A DNA stretch of 64,000 bases from Candidatus Actinomarina sp. (GCA_038142145.1 JAYQJM010000005.1:515816-579815); one strand, 5' to 3'; counted from the stretch's first letter, positions 17,336 through 27,691 are shown. Numbers and translations: made by a program. Notes: generated from the sequence alone by a model not told the origin.

Positions 17336-19288
17336 ATGAGTAAAGATAAAAATAATTTAGAACAACAAATTGTTGAAGACTTTGAAAAAATAAGGCCAGC
17401 AATTACCAGACTTTTACAAACCCAATTAGACAATGAGAACATTTCTCTTAGATATGGAAGAACTTCTTCGTCTGATAACAATGACATTGTAATAAACCCA
17501 TCAATTTTGGTTAAAGCATTGTCTGAATCAAAATTAGATAAAGAAGAAGTTTTAATTGGAACGGTAGTGCATGAAGCGATACATTCAACTCAAAATTATT
17601 CATTCAACCAACAACAACTAACAGAAAGATTTGGAGAGGATTTATCTGATGTAGGTGACTTAGAAGATGTTCTTGAATATCTAGCTGGTCCTTTTGGGAA
17701 ATATATTTTTGAAATACTTATTCACTCAATAGAAGAAAGAATTTTTGTAAAAGAATATGATGGACTTACCTCAATTCTTAAAGATGTTTATGAAGAATCA
17801 TTTCACCAAATAAAAAATCTTAATCCATTTAATCAGTTTCTTAGTTTACTTTTTCACTCTATTACATCATATATTTCGCTTAAGTACGACAGTTATAAAA
17901 AACCAGTGGTGAAATCACTAAACGAATCTTTGCAACTCCTAAAACCTTTAAATTATTCAGAAGTAAACGTATCAGAAGTTGTAGAAGTAACAATTCAAAT
18001 TATTGATATTTGTAGAAGATTTAATATCCTTCCTGATATCGAAAAATATAACCTTGGTGAACAACGTGAAATATTAGAAAATTTTGAAGACTCTGTTGTG
18101 GATGGAATGAGCAAAACCCTAATACCATCATCTAACAACATTACAACCGGCAATACTCTTCAAAAATTTCTTGGTCAAGACTCAAAAAATCCAAATGAAG
18201 AGAAGATCAATCAAATGGATGATCATATCTCAAAAATTGGTGCATCATCAACTATTTACTTGCCATCAGGTGATATTTCGAAAATAATTGAAACAAAATT
18301 GCCTGATAAATTTAAGTATTTATCAGATAAAGGAAATAAAACATTTGAATCTTTATTGAGTGACTGGAACCTACCAATTTATAAAGTAACAAACAAGATA
18401 AAACCTTATTTTATTCATAACCAAAAAAGGCAAAGAATAAGTGGCTTTGATCAAGGAGACTTGTCGCCACATGTTCCGACAATGCTTGCATCAGGCAGAT
18501 ATGAAAGAATGTTTGAACAAAAACAAAGATTATCAAACAAGTCTTATGCAATATCACTTTTAATTGACGGGAGTGGTTCAATGCTTGAAAAAAATAGAAA
18601 TGAACTTTATCCATGGTCTCTTACTTCTGCTTTGCTTGGGGCTAGCTATTTATCTCAAATTTGTTATGAACTAGATATGGATTTTGAAATGGCTATTTTC
18701 AACAGAGGCTTTGTATCAGATTTTAGTGAGAATGAAGACACCTATATAAAAAGAAAGTACAGTGTCTCATCAATGTTAAACAGTACTTACGGATCTGCAG
18801 CTCAAGAAATTTACAATACCGCTAATCATTACTTTTTAAAGGAATTTAAAGACTCTTGGAAAGATAATTACAAACAATTCATCGGGCTAATAGAGTTTTC
18901 ACGCCATTTAAGAAACTCTATAAACGATATTGAAGATAAAGACTTCTACCCTCCCATCAGTATGTTTGAAAAAGGCACGAACATAGATGAAATCAATATA
19001 ATTCATGCTTCCAAACGTTTATTATCTCATCCATCTAATACAAAACTTTTAGTTGTTCTCTCCGACGGAATGACCAGAGGATCTGTTGAAAATCTAAAAA
19101 GTAGTATAAAATTTGCTACAAAACAAGGTATTGAAGTTATCGGAATAGGTATTGGCAATAGAGGGTCTTGGAAAGAATATCAAAATAATGTTCAAGTTGA
19201 ACATCCTGAACAACTAATACACTCTATCGTAAATATCACAAAAGATATACTTATTAAAAATGCAAAGAAGAATATCGGAGTTGCTTAA
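17336..19288 (+). CDS. CobT-like protein with C-terminal vWA domain
   Basis: 650 aa. The N-terminal region resembles the CobT N-domain (FEILIHSIEERIFVKEYDGLTSIL) and contains an HExxH string (VVHEAIHS). The C-terminal vWA domain has MIDAS LLIDGSGSM and LLVVLSDGMTRG. Confidence 0.6.
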   Translation: MSKDKNNLEQQIVEDFEKIRPAITRLLQTQLDNENISLRYGRTSSSDNNDIVINPSILVKALSESKLDKEEVLIGTVVHEAIHSTQNYSFNQQQLTERFGEDLSDVGDLEDVLEYLAGPFGKYIFEILIHSIEERIFVKEYDGLTSILKDVYEESFHQIKNLNPFNQFLSLLFHSITSYISLKYDSYKKPVVKSLNESLQLLKPLNYSEVNVSEVVEVTIQIIDICRRFNILPDIEKYNLGEQREILENFEDSVVDGMSKTLIPSSNNITTGNTLQKFLGQDSKNPNEEKINQMDDHISKIGASSTIYLPSGDISKIIETKLPDKFKYLSDKGNKTFESLLSDWNLPIYKVTNKIKPYFIHNQKRQRISGFDQGDLSPHVPTMLASGRYERMFEQKQRLSNKSYAISLLIDGSGSMLEKNRNELYPWSLTSALLGASYLSQICYELDMDFEMAIFNRGFVSDFSENEDTYIKRKYSVSSMLNSTYGSAAQEIYNTANHYFLKEFKDSWKDNYKQFIGLIEFSRHLRNSINDIEDKDFYPPISMFEKGTNIDEINIIHASKRLLSHPSNTKLLVVLSDGMTRGSVENLKSSIKFATKQGIEVIGIGIGNRGSWKEYQNNVQVEHPEQLIHSIVNITKDILIKNAKKNIGVA

Positions 19289-20271
19289 TGGTTAAATTTG
19301 AAAACCCTGGTAAACAAAAAAATTATATTGAACTTAACGAATGTGTTGTAGATAAGAAATTAGATGATTATGAATCTAGGTTAAACAGAGTTCCAGAAAT
19401 TGATGACTATTATGTCGACCTTGGTACTCAATTTAGGCTTGCTCAAGTCATAGAAGCCAAATTAAATGCATTTAAAAATGAACTTCCTATTCATGTAGCT
19501 TTAAAAGGCCATATGGGTACTGGTAAAGATCACGATATAGAACAATTCGCAGCAAAATTAAAATATCCATATTACAGAATTCCCCTCTCTGGTGAAGTCA
19601 GAGATGTAACTTTGCTTGGGTCCGTACAATTATATGGAGATGGCAAAGGTGGTACAGAAAGTAGATGGCAAGATGGAGAACTAACAAGAGCTTTAAGAGG
19701 ACCTGCAATTGTAAATCTCTCAGAGTTAAATGCAGCTGGTCCAGAAGTTTTATTTGCCCTTCACTCACTATTGGATAGGCATAAAAAACTAGAGCTACCT
19801 AATGGTGAAGTACTTCAACTTAGAGATGATACATTTATATTTGGAACTATGAACCCCACAAGCCTAAGAGATTATGCGGGTACACAATCATTAAATAAAG
19901 CTTTTGCTGATAGATGGGTAATTTGGGATAAGCCTTTTCCAAATAAAGAACAACTTGAATCAATATATTTAAAGAGGTATCCAACTTTACAAAAGTCATA
20001 TACAGATTTAGTAATAAAACTAGCTTTAGAGATAAATAATTCGTTTATGTCAGATGACATCAGTGTAAATATTGAAACCCCTATGAGTTTACGAACTATT
20101 GTCGAAAGAATACCTTTAGGTTTGAAAGTAAGTTCCGATGCAGATGATCCATTAAAAGAAGCATGGGGAAATTTCGTTCTTCCCCACGTAAGCAAAGAAG
20201 ACTTAGATCATTATCAAACTTTGTGGAACACGATAGTAAGAAAAGGGCCGTCTGAAAAACCTAAACTTTAG
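19288..20271 (+). CDS. CobS-like AAA+ (MoxR-class) ATPase with non-canonical Walker motifs
   Basis: GHMGTGKDHDIEQFAAKLKYP, VNLSELNAAGPEVLFALHSLLD and YAGTQSLNKAFADRW parallel the CobS motifs GYHGTGKSTHIEQVAARLNWP, VFDEYDAGRPDVMF and YHGTQQINQAQMDRW as I recall them. Its start overlaps the stop of the CobT-like gene. Confidence 0.7.
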   Translation: MVKFENPGKQKNYIELNECVVDKKLDDYESRLNRVPEIDDYYVDLGTQFRLAQVIEAKLNAFKNELPIHVALKGHMGTGKDHDIEQFAAKLKYPYYRIPLSGEVRDVTLLGSVQLYGDGKGGTESRWQDGELTRALRGPAIVNLSELNAAGPEVLFALHSLLDRHKKLELPNGEVLQLRDDTFIFGTMNPTSLRDYAGTQSLNKAFADRWVIWDKPFPNKEQLESIYLKRYPTLQKSYTDLVIKLALEINNSFMSDDISVNIETPMSLRTIVERIPLGLKVSSDADDPLKEAWGNFVLPHVSKEDLDHYQTLWNTIVRKGPSEKPKL

Positions 20272-20710
20272 AAAGAAGCACTAGAGGAATATTTCTGTCA
20301 GTACGATTTCTATAAGTAATAAAAGTTGGATAATGCTTATCTAATAAATCCCAGTAGTATTTTTTTTCATTATCCTCTAAAAACTTAGATTCGACTTCAA
20401 ACCTTTCACTATCCACTGTTATATATGCATTTGAATGTTGTAGATTAAAACACCAGTCAGGTGTTTTGTCATTTCCACTATAGGAAGCAGCGATTAAATA
20501 TTTTTCTTTATGAACCACATAAGTTAATGGTGTTTTCCTTAACTTTCCACTTTTATTTCCTATAGTCTCAAGTAGTAAAATACTATCTCCAATAATTTTA
20601 GTTCCAAGCTTTGTATGATTTGCTTTGATAAGTTTTGAATGAGTATTAGATATAAACTTGTAAAACCAAGTTGGCCAGTAATGTGCAGTTTTACCGAATA
20701 ATCTCCACAT
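20261..20710 (-). CDS. Deazaflavin (F420H2)-dependent nitroreductase/quinone reductase family protein (Ddn-like)
   Basis: LLLETIGNKSGKLRKTPLTYV, AASYSGNDKTPDWCFNL and YRNRTDRNIPLVLL match the Ddn-family pattern (TTGRKSG..R..PL, HP.WY.NL, T.R.IPVV.L). Confidence 0.7.
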   Translation of the reverse strand: MWRLFGKTAHYWPTWFYKFISNTHSKLIKANHTKLGTKIIGDSILLLETIGNKSGKLRKTPLTYVVHKEKYLIAASYSGNDKTPDWCFNLQHSNAYITVDSERFEVESKFLEDNEKKYYWDLLDKHYPTFITYRNRTDRNIPLVLLSKV

Positions 20711-20724
20711 GGGATAATTGAAAA

Positions 20725-20940
20725 CTAACTGTCTTCTTGAGTGTCTTCAGTATCTCTAAAAGTTGAATCGTACTTTTTGAAAAAGTCTTTTATTTTATTT
20801 TCTAGATCTTCTGTTTCTAAGTTAGCTAATTCGTTTCGTAATTTAGTGATTTGTTCTTTTACATGTACATTTTCATCCAAAAGACTCAAAATATAACGAA
20901 CACCTACTAAAAAGAGGATGAATTTTAATAACTTTTTCAT
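20725..20940 (-). CDS. Hypothetical small membrane-anchored coiled-coil protein
   Basis: 71 aa with an N-terminal hydrophobic helix, then a charged helical region and an acidic tail. No motif recognised. Confidence 0.4.
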   Translation of the reverse strand: MKKLLKFILFLVGVRYILSLLDENVHVKEQITKLRNELANLETEDLENKIKDFFKKYDSTFRDTEDTQEDS

Positions 20941-21037
20941 AAATTTTATACTAAATACATATTTTATATATAAAAAGTCTTTTTTTTGTATTAATTACCA
21001 CTTTAGAAATTAGTCAACAACCATTAAACTTATATCA

Positions 21038-21775
21038 ATGCAAACAATTTTAAGCAATCTCGTCGCTGAGCAGCAATTACTAGACCAATACCTGCAAAGT
21101 ATTCCTGTAAGACATTGGAATACTAAAACCACATTTAAAAATTGGGATATCACCGCACATGTATCTTATCTTGCTGGTCTTGAAGATTTAGCTTTAAACG
21201 CTTTAAAGAAAAAAGGAACAGAATTCAATAAATATAAAGGTCCAAAAGGTTTGGAAAAATTTGAGAAAGAGTGTATTGCTAAAGGTAAAGACATGAGGCC
21301 TCAAGATGTTATTGAATGGTGGAGAATTTCAAGAGCTGATGTCATAGAAACTTTAGCAAAATCAGCACAAGGTAAAAAATTAACTTGGTGGAAAAATGAG
21401 ATTGACTGTATGACTTTTTCAGTTACGAAATTAGCAGAGACTTGGTCACATAGTTTAGATATTTACGAAGGTATGAAAAAAGATTATGAAGATTCAATTC
21501 GAATTGAACATGTTGCAATGTTTGGCTGGTTAAATGCTCAAAATGCTTCAAAGCTTAACAAATTAAAGTTTCAAGATTTAAGAGTTGAATTAATTGGACC
21601 AGAATATAAAGCTTGGCAGTTTGGTGATGAAAATAGTGAAAATTCTATAAAAGGTAGTGCAGGTGACTGGTGTAGAGTTGTTACTGGAAGATTGTCTAAA
21701 AGCAGTAAGCCTACTCTAACAACTGAAGGAGAATTTGCTTCAAAGTTTGTTAAGATGAACCACGTAAAAATATAA
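21038..21775 (+). CDS. DinB/MDMPI_N-like (mycothiol-maleylpyruvate-isomerase N-terminal domain, TIGR03084-type) protein
   Basis: The N-terminal pattern LVAEQQLLDQYLQSIPVRHWNTKTTFKNWDITAHVSYL resembles that actinobacterial family. Judged by eye only. Confidence 0.45.
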   Translation: MQTILSNLVAEQQLLDQYLQSIPVRHWNTKTTFKNWDITAHVSYLAGLEDLALNALKKKGTEFNKYKGPKGLEKFEKECIAKGKDMRPQDVIEWWRISRADVIETLAKSAQGKKLTWWKNEIDCMTFSVTKLAETWSHSLDIYEGMKKDYEDSIRIEHVAMFGWLNAQNASKLNKLKFQDLRVELIGPEYKAWQFGDENSENSIKGSAGDWCRVVTGRLSKSSKPTLTTEGEFASKFVKMNHVKI

Positions 21776-22536
21776 TGCAAGTTTACGGAGTTGTACACTT
21801 AAAAAGCCTTCCTGGCTCACCTTCCAATAGATTGTCTATTGATGAAATAATTGATTCGGCTCAAGAAGATGTAAATAGCTTAATATATGGTGGCGTAGAT
21901 GGCATCATAATTGAAAACTTTGGTGACACGCCATTTGTTAAAGATGATATTTCAAAAAGAACACTAGCTAGTTTTACAACTGTTGTTGAAAATCTATCTA
22001 TTGAAAGAGATATCAAAATAGGTATCAATGTCTTGAGAAATGATGGTATCGCTGCGTTGTCTATAGCGGAAGCAACTAAGTCTCATTTTGTAAGAATTAA
22101 TGTATTAAATAATACAATGTATACAGATCAAGGAATCATAGAGGGTGATGCTCATACAGTAAATCAGTTTAAGTCCTCTTTAAACAACTATATTGAAATC
22201 TTCGCTGATGTTTTTGTAAAACATGCTGTTCCACCACCTGGATCAAAAATAGAAAATCATGCTGAAGAATTAATACATCGAGCAGGTGCAGATGTTGTAA
22301 TCGTAACTGGTGATGGCACAGGACACGAAATAAATATTGAAGATTTGCAAAAGGTTAGAAATATCGTACCTCAAGGTAAGTTAGCTATAGGATCTGGAGT
22401 TACCACAACAAATGTTGATGCATATCAAGATATTGCAGATATATTGATTGTTGGTACTAGTTTTAAATTTGATAATGATGTCGCAAAAAGAGTTGACATC
22501 AATAGAGTCGAAGAGTTAGTTAGAAAAGTTAAATAA
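21775..22536 (+). CDS. BtpA/SgcQ family protein
   Basis: VYGVVHLKSLPGSP...GGVDGIIIENFGDTPF is the characteristic BtpA N-terminal signature. Its start overlaps the upstream stop (TAATG). Confidence 0.75.
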   Translation: MQVYGVVHLKSLPGSPSNRLSIDEIIDSAQEDVNSLIYGGVDGIIIENFGDTPFVKDDISKRTLASFTTVVENLSIERDIKIGINVLRNDGIAALSIAEATKSHFVRINVLNNTMYTDQGIIEGDAHTVNQFKSSLNNYIEIFADVFVKHAVPPPGSKIENHAEELIHRAGADVVIVTGDGTGHEINIEDLQKVRNIVPQGKLAIGSGVTTTNVDAYQDIADILIVGTSFKFDNDVAKRVDINRVEELVRKVK

Positions 22537-22586
22537 TTTTTTTTAATTAAAAACAAATTCAATATCTAACTATCATTTTTATTTAA

Positions 22587-23525
22587 ATGGAAGCCTTTTT
22601 AAATCCCGCGTTAATATTGTTTATTTCAGGAATTCTTATTGGCATATCTTTTAAGTTGTCACTTTCAGACATTTTTTCAAAATATTTGGGTTATTATCTA
22701 CTTCTTGCTCTTGGTATAAAGGGTGGCTTAAGTTTACAAGAAAATGGATTTACTAGCGAAGTCGTAAACGTTTTGTCCCTAGGTGTATTTTTTGCATTGT
22801 TTATACCCATAGTTTCTTATTTATATTTAAGAAAAAAACTTAATAATGATGATGCATCAGCATTATCAGGAACTTATGGATCTGTTAGCGCGGTAACTTT
22901 TGTTACTGCAATTACATATATTTCTTCAGGGGGTCAGAATTTTGATGAGTATATGTCAGCAGTTCTTGTAGTTATGGAGTTTCCCGCAATATTTATGGCA
23001 TTATTTTTAGTAAAAAATACTGGTACTAAAAATTTAAGTAACTTTGAGAATTTAAAAACTGCTTTTCTTGAGGTTCCAAATATAATATTAATCTCTTCTT
23101 TACTTGCTGGTTACCTTATAAACAAAAATAGCATTTCAAGCCTAAACTTTTTTACTATTACAATTTTTGACTATGTTTTATACATCTTCCTTTTTGTAAT
23201 GGGGACAAGAGTTGCTAAAAGAATTGGGGAACTTAAGGGTAAAGGTGCTAGCTTAGTAGGTTTTGCTCTAACTACCCCATTAGTTGGTTCTCTCTTAGCT
23301 CTTGTAGCGTCAATAAATTTCGATCTTTCGATTGGAAACTCAACATTATTAATGGTTCTTACAGCAAGTGCAAGCTATATTGCAGTTCCAGCAGTTGTAA
23401 AAGATGCTATACCTTCTGCAAACCCAGCAATTTATTTAGGATTAAGTCTTGGAGTCACATTTCCATTTAATATAATTATTGGAATTCCTCTGTATAACGA
23501 ATTGGCTATTTACTTTCTGGGCTAA
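22587..23525 (+). CDS. SbtA-like (DUF897) sodium-dependent transporter family permease
   Basis: About 10 TM segments. The N-terminus LNPALILFISGILIG...YLLLALGIKGG resembles the DUF897/SbtA family. Confidence 0.6.
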   Translation: MEAFLNPALILFISGILIGISFKLSLSDIFSKYLGYYLLLALGIKGGLSLQENGFTSEVVNVLSLGVFFALFIPIVSYLYLRKKLNNDDASALSGTYGSVSAVTFVTAITYISSGGQNFDEYMSAVLVVMEFPAIFMALFLVKNTGTKNLSNFENLKTAFLEVPNIILISSLLAGYLINKNSISSLNFFTITIFDYVLYIFLFVMGTRVAKRIGELKGKGASLVGFALTTPLVGSLLALVASINFDLSIGNSTLLMVLTASASYIAVPAVVKDAIPSANPAIYLGLSLGVTFPFNIIIGIPLYNELAIYFLG

Positions 23526-24233
23526 TTAAAGTAAAAAACCACCGTCAATTGTTACAACTTCACCAGTTATCCAAGAAGCTGATTCACTTGATAAAAAATA
23601 TATTAAGCTAGCGATATCTTCTGGTTCTCCAAGTTTTTTAAGTGCATGAAGATCTGCACTGCCTTGTTCGTCCCCTGCCCAAAGCATTTCTGAAAGTTTT
23701 GTTTTTACTACTGCTGGAGCTATACCATTTACTCTAATATCTGGTGCAAGCTCCATTGCTAATTGCTTTGTCATATAAATTAATCCAGCTTTTGAAATAT
23801 TGTAAGCCCCCATGTAGTGTGATGGTTTCATTCCTCCTACAGAACAAACATTCAAAACTGATTCTTTTAATCCAGCTTTCACTGCTTCTCTTGTCCACAT
23901 TAGAGGACCCATTAAATTTACATCCCATGTTTTTTGTACAGCTGAAAGATCAACATCAAGCAAGCTGCCGCCTGAGGGATTTGTACCAGCATTGTTAATT
24001 AAAACATCTATAGACCCTGTCTCGTCAATAATTTTTCTACAAGTATCAGATGCAGCAGCTAAGTCATCAGCCCTTGCAACAAAACCTTTTAGCTGTGAAT
24101 TTTCTGAGAGCACTGCTTGTAGATTCTCTTCTTTTCTAGATGTGATGTACACATTCCAACCTTGATTAATAAATTTTTGAGCAGTGGAAAGTCCTATACC
24201 TCTTGTTCCACCGGTTACAAGTGCTGTTTTCAT
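23526..24233 (-). CDS. SDR family oxidoreductase (FabG-like)
   Basis: TGGTRGIG cofactor motif, NNAG, and catalytic YNISK (YxxxK). Confidence 0.85.
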   Translation of the reverse strand: MKTALVTGGTRGIGLSTAQKFINQGWNVYITSRKEENLQAVLSENSQLKGFVARADDLAAASDTCRKIIDETGSIDVLINNAGTNPSGGSLLDVDLSAVQKTWDVNLMGPLMWTREAVKAGLKESVLNVCSVGGMKPSHYMGAYNISKAGLIYMTKQLAMELAPDIRVNGIAPAVVKTKLSEMLWAGDEQGSADLHALKKLGEPEDIASLIYFLSSESASWITGEVVTIDGGFLL

Positions 24234-24285
24234 TATTTTTAAAGTATAGTAGTTATTTCTCTGTTCAGTTACAGTTGAAAAGCAA

Positions 24286-25524
24286 ATGGAAAATTTTAAA
24301 AAATATAAGGTGTTGCTTACTGAAAATAAAAACTTCCGTAAGTTGTTTATAGCCAGATTAATAACTCTTGGAGGTGACTGGTTATTGACTGTTCCTCTTT
24401 TAGGAATTATATATGGCTTAACAGAAAATCCATTTATTACTTCATTAGTTCTGGTAGTTCAAAGTGCTCCATTATTTATACTGGGAAGTTTTGGAGGATA
24501 TTTAGCTGACAAATATAATAGAAAAAAAATTATTGCAATATCAGAATTTTTATCTGGTTTAACAGTTCTTTTAATCCTGTATGCAGTAACAACTGAAAAT
24601 GTAGTATTTATTTTATTTTCATTTGGTATGTTGTCAGTAGTAGGTTCTCCTTATATGCCAACATCTGACGCAGCATTGCCTAATGTAGTAAAAAAAGAAA
24701 ATTTAGCTGAAGCAAATGTAATCTTTTTCTCAAGTTGGGGTGTTATGGCTGGTATAGGAGCTGGTATAGGCGGTTTTTTAACAACTGTAATAAGTAGAAA
24801 TATGCTTTTTGCAATAGATAGTTTCAGTTTTATATTGTCGGCATTAATTGTTTATTCAATCAAAAAAAACTTAAGTGAAGATTCTCAAAATAATGAAAAA
24901 GATGAAAATATAACTTATGTAGAGGGAATCAAATATGCAGCGTCTAAAAGAGATGTTTTTTCATTAATTATTACAAAAGGCACATTTAGTATTTCTGCTA
25001 GTGGACTGCTGTCTTTATTTACTGTTTTATCATATGATATTTATAAGACTGGAGATTTTGGTACTGGTTTAATGTTTGGTGCAAGAGGTGTGGGCGCTCT
25101 TGTAGGACCTATTGCAATTAGATATTTTTTTGGCCATTCTGATGGAAAACTTCTTAACACAATAGGTCTTACCATAATGGTTTGGGGATTATTTTATTTC
25201 TTTATACCATTTTCTGTATCCCTTTATTTGACTGTTTTTTTATTAGTTCTTGCACATTCCGGAGGAGGATCACAATGGGCGTTTTCAACTTACGGACTTC
25301 AAATACTTACACCTGACAGATTAAGAGGAAGAATTTCAGGTATTGACTACTCTTTTAACTTTTTAATGAATACAATTTCAACACTAATGATTGGATATCT
25401 TGCATCCATTTATGGTGTGATATTTGTATATAGACTTTTCCCTGTTCTAGGTTTTACATTTGGTCTAACTTGGTATCTTTCAACAAAAAAATTATGGAAA
25501 AAATTAGATTCCTCATTGGGATAA
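24286..25524 (+). CDS. MFS transporter
   Basis: 412 aa with about 12 TM helices and the MFS loop motif GGYLADKYNRKK. Confidence 0.8.
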   Translation: MENFKKYKVLLTENKNFRKLFIARLITLGGDWLLTVPLLGIIYGLTENPFITSLVLVVQSAPLFILGSFGGYLADKYNRKKIIAISEFLSGLTVLLILYAVTTENVVFILFSFGMLSVVGSPYMPTSDAALPNVVKKENLAEANVIFFSSWGVMAGIGAGIGGFLTTVISRNMLFAIDSFSFILSALIVYSIKKNLSEDSQNNEKDENITYVEGIKYAASKRDVFSLIITKGTFSISASGLLSLFTVLSYDIYKTGDFGTGLMFGARGVGALVGPIAIRYFFGHSDGKLLNTIGLTIMVWGLFYFFIPFSVSLYLTVFLLVLAHSGGGSQWAFSTYGLQILTPDRLRGRISGIDYSFNFLMNTISTLMIGYLASIYGVIFVYRLFPVLGFTFGLTWYLSTKKLWKKLDSSLG

Positions 25525-25527
25525 AAA

Positions 25528-26391
25528 TTAAATTTTAAATAAATTTTTACCTTCAAACTTTTTTGTCCCATTCACATAACTAAAGTATTTTCTGCATTCA
25601 CAAGATTGATACTCTATGTCAATAGGATAAAACTCTCTTTTCGCTTCAGGCCAATACTCTTTTTGAAGTTCTATCATTTTACTGCCTACATCTTGGTGGC
25701 TATCTAAATTTAAATACTTTTGTAGCCTGTCTAAATATGGCTCAGCCCCTATACCCGTAGGAACATCAGTGGTGATTGGTATTACATCTTCTCTAAACCA
25801 AGCAATATCAATTAATGCCATAAATATTGGGAAGTCATTATTCATCTTAAATTGTTTATTTACATTGTTTGTAGCAGCAATAACATCTCTATTAGAATTT
25901 AATATAATTTCAGCTAACTCTTCTTTTTTTTCATAAAATTTATATGTTGCAGCATCAATTCGTTTATATATCTTTTCACCCCAGTAAGAATCATGTACTG
26001 GGTATGCTGTGAAATTCTCCCATTGTTCTAAACCAAGGAGTTTATTTTTTAAAGCTTCTGGATTACTTAAATCATTTATTGTTAATTGATTAATAGTTAA
26101 ATCTCTGTTGCACCACCTACTGAAAAATAATGCTTGGATTAATAAAGGTAAGTCCCCTTTTGCTGGTTCAGCAAATTTAATTATTGATTTACTTACTTTG
26201 TCATCTTCTCTAAAAACATTTAAAAAACGCCCCTTTTGTAAAATCGGATCATCGCTCCAAGGATATCCTTCTCCTGACTCTCTTTTTACACGTACAGCTT
26301 CACGTTTCTTGCAGTAATCAAAAAAACTTTGTACAGGGTCTACTATTATTAATCCATCAAGTGAATTTGCATATGGATTTTCTAAAACCAT
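25528..26391 (-). CDS. Hypothetical protein, possibly of the helical-domain family linked to thymidine hypermodification (5-hmdU DNA kinase helical domain / aGPT-Pplase-like)
   Basis: 287 aa with no P-loop. The motif block KRESGEGYPWSDDPILQKGRFLNVFREDDKVS ... ALFFSRWCNRDLT ... FTAYPV resembles, from memory, the PWTxDPILxxYRFTNxxRExDRxT ... FRxFN ... FTGAY pattern of that family. It lies 34 nt downstream of umuC on the same strand. Confidence 0.4.
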   Translation of the reverse strand: MVLENPYANSLDGLIIVDPVQSFFDYCKKREAVRVKRESGEGYPWSDDPILQKGRFLNVFREDDKVSKSIIKFAEPAKGDLPLLIQALFFSRWCNRDLTINQLTINDLSNPEALKNKLLGLEQWENFTAYPVHDSYWGEKIYKRIDAATYKFYEKKEELAEIILNSNRDVIAATNNVNKQFKMNNDFPIFMALIDIAWFREDVIPITTDVPTGIGAEPYLDRLQKYLNLDSHQDVGSKMIELQKEYWPEAKREFYPIDIEYQSCECRKYFSYVNGTKKFEGKNLFKI

Positions 26392-26425
26392 ATCTTTAAT
26401 TAAAACAGATTATTCCCGACTTTTC

Positions 26426-27691
26426 TTACTTCACAAATGGTATTTGAAACATGTTTGTTGTGTAAGCACCAGACTTTTTTTCTGACTTCATTTTCCAATC
26501 TTTTTTAACACCTTGTGCTCCCAGCATTAATGCACTTGAGCCATATCTAGCATTGACGCTATCTAATGTTTTCATAACACTATCTGATAGATCATAATTC
26601 TCATACTCATAAAAACTATATTGTTCATTTTCTGCATCAGTAATGTCCAGCAACATAACGCCAATTTTTTGATATTCATACCCATATATAAAAAGTTTTC
26701 TTGTTAATCTTTTTACTTCTTTGATAATTTTTGAAGTATTGCTTGTTGGAATTGTAAAAAAAGCACTCACACCATTGCTATACCTCTTGTCTGGATCGAT
26801 GAATGGACTTGTTCTTAGGAAAACATACACACCTCTTGCTCTAGAATTCTGAGATCTTAATTTCTCACATGCTCTTGATGTATAGTTTGACACAGCTTCT
26901 TCTAACTCCTGTAAGAGCATGACTTTTCTTCCGAATGATTTAGAGGAGATTATATTCTTCTTGTTTTTTACCTCTTCAATATCAATACACGAAACTCCGT
27001 TTAACTCGTGGTGTATTCTCTCTCCAACAATGCTCAGAGTTTTTCTCACATAGCGTGGATTTGCTTTAGCTAAATCAAGGGCTGTCTCTATACCAATCTT
27101 TCTAAGTCTTCTTCCCCATCGTGTAGAAATTCCCCAAATTTCCTCTAATGGAAGCTGCTCTAAAATTCCCTCTCTAATTGCTTCATCTCGTATATCAAAA
27201 ACATTAGAGGCTTCATATTTTTTGGCCTGCCTATTTGCCACTTTAGCCAAGGTTTTAGAAGGACCAATTCCTATGGACACAGGTATCCCTGTCCACTGCT
27301 TGATAAGGCTTCTAATTTCATGAGCAGTTTCTTCTAAGTCACAGTAGTAAAAACTACTAATATCTAAAAAGGCCTCATCAATTGAATAAATCTCTATATT
27401 TTTAACAAGAGATTTTAACGATGTCATAACACGAGCTGACATATCTCCATAAAATGTGTAGTTTGATGAAAAAACATGAACATTATTTCTTTTGATTAGT
27501 TGTTCATATTTAAAATACGGAGCACCCATTGGAATCCCCAAAGCTTTTGCTTCGTTAGACCTTGCTACAACACATCCATCATTATTAGAAAGTACAACGA
27601 TTGGTTTCCCTTCAAGACTTGGGTTGAACACCCTCTCACAAGATGCATAAAAATTATTACAATCTACTAGGGCAAAAATTTTATTATTCAC
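26426..27691 (-). CDS. umuC: Y-family translesion DNA polymerase, UmuC-like
   Basis: GTG start preceded by [56 protein letters not shown] parallels the E. coli UmuC N-terminus, and the catalytic SIDEAFLD is present. Confidence 0.85.
   Translation of the reverse strand: MNNKIFALVDCNNFYASCERVFNPSLEGKPIVVLSNNDGCVVARSNEAKALGIPMGAPYFKYEQLIKRNNVHVFSSNYTFYGDMSARVMTSLKSLVKNIEIYSIDEAFLDISSFYYCDLEETAHEIRSLIKQWTGIPVSIGIGPSKTLAKVANRQAKKYEASNVFDIRDEAIREGILEQLPLEEIWGISTRWGRRLRKIGIETALDLAKANPRYVRKTLSIVGERIHHELNGVSCIDIEEVKNKKNIISSKSFGRKVMLLQELEEAVSNYTSRACEKLRSQNSRARGVYVFLRTSPFIDPDKRYSNGVSAFFTIPTSNTSKIIKEVKRLTRKLFIYGYEYQKIGVMLLDITDAENEQYSFYEYENYDLSDSVMKTLDSVNARYGSSALMLGAQGVKKDWKMKSEKKSGAYTTNMFQIPFVK

Noticed and set aside
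17567-17590. The HExxH string (VVHEAIHS) in the CobT-like protein as proof of a zinc metalloprotease domain.
   Set aside because: A five-residue pattern occurs by chance often. The surrounding region aligns by eye to the non-catalytic CobT N-domain, and no third zinc ligand motif is evident. It is kept only as a note within the CobT/CobS finding.
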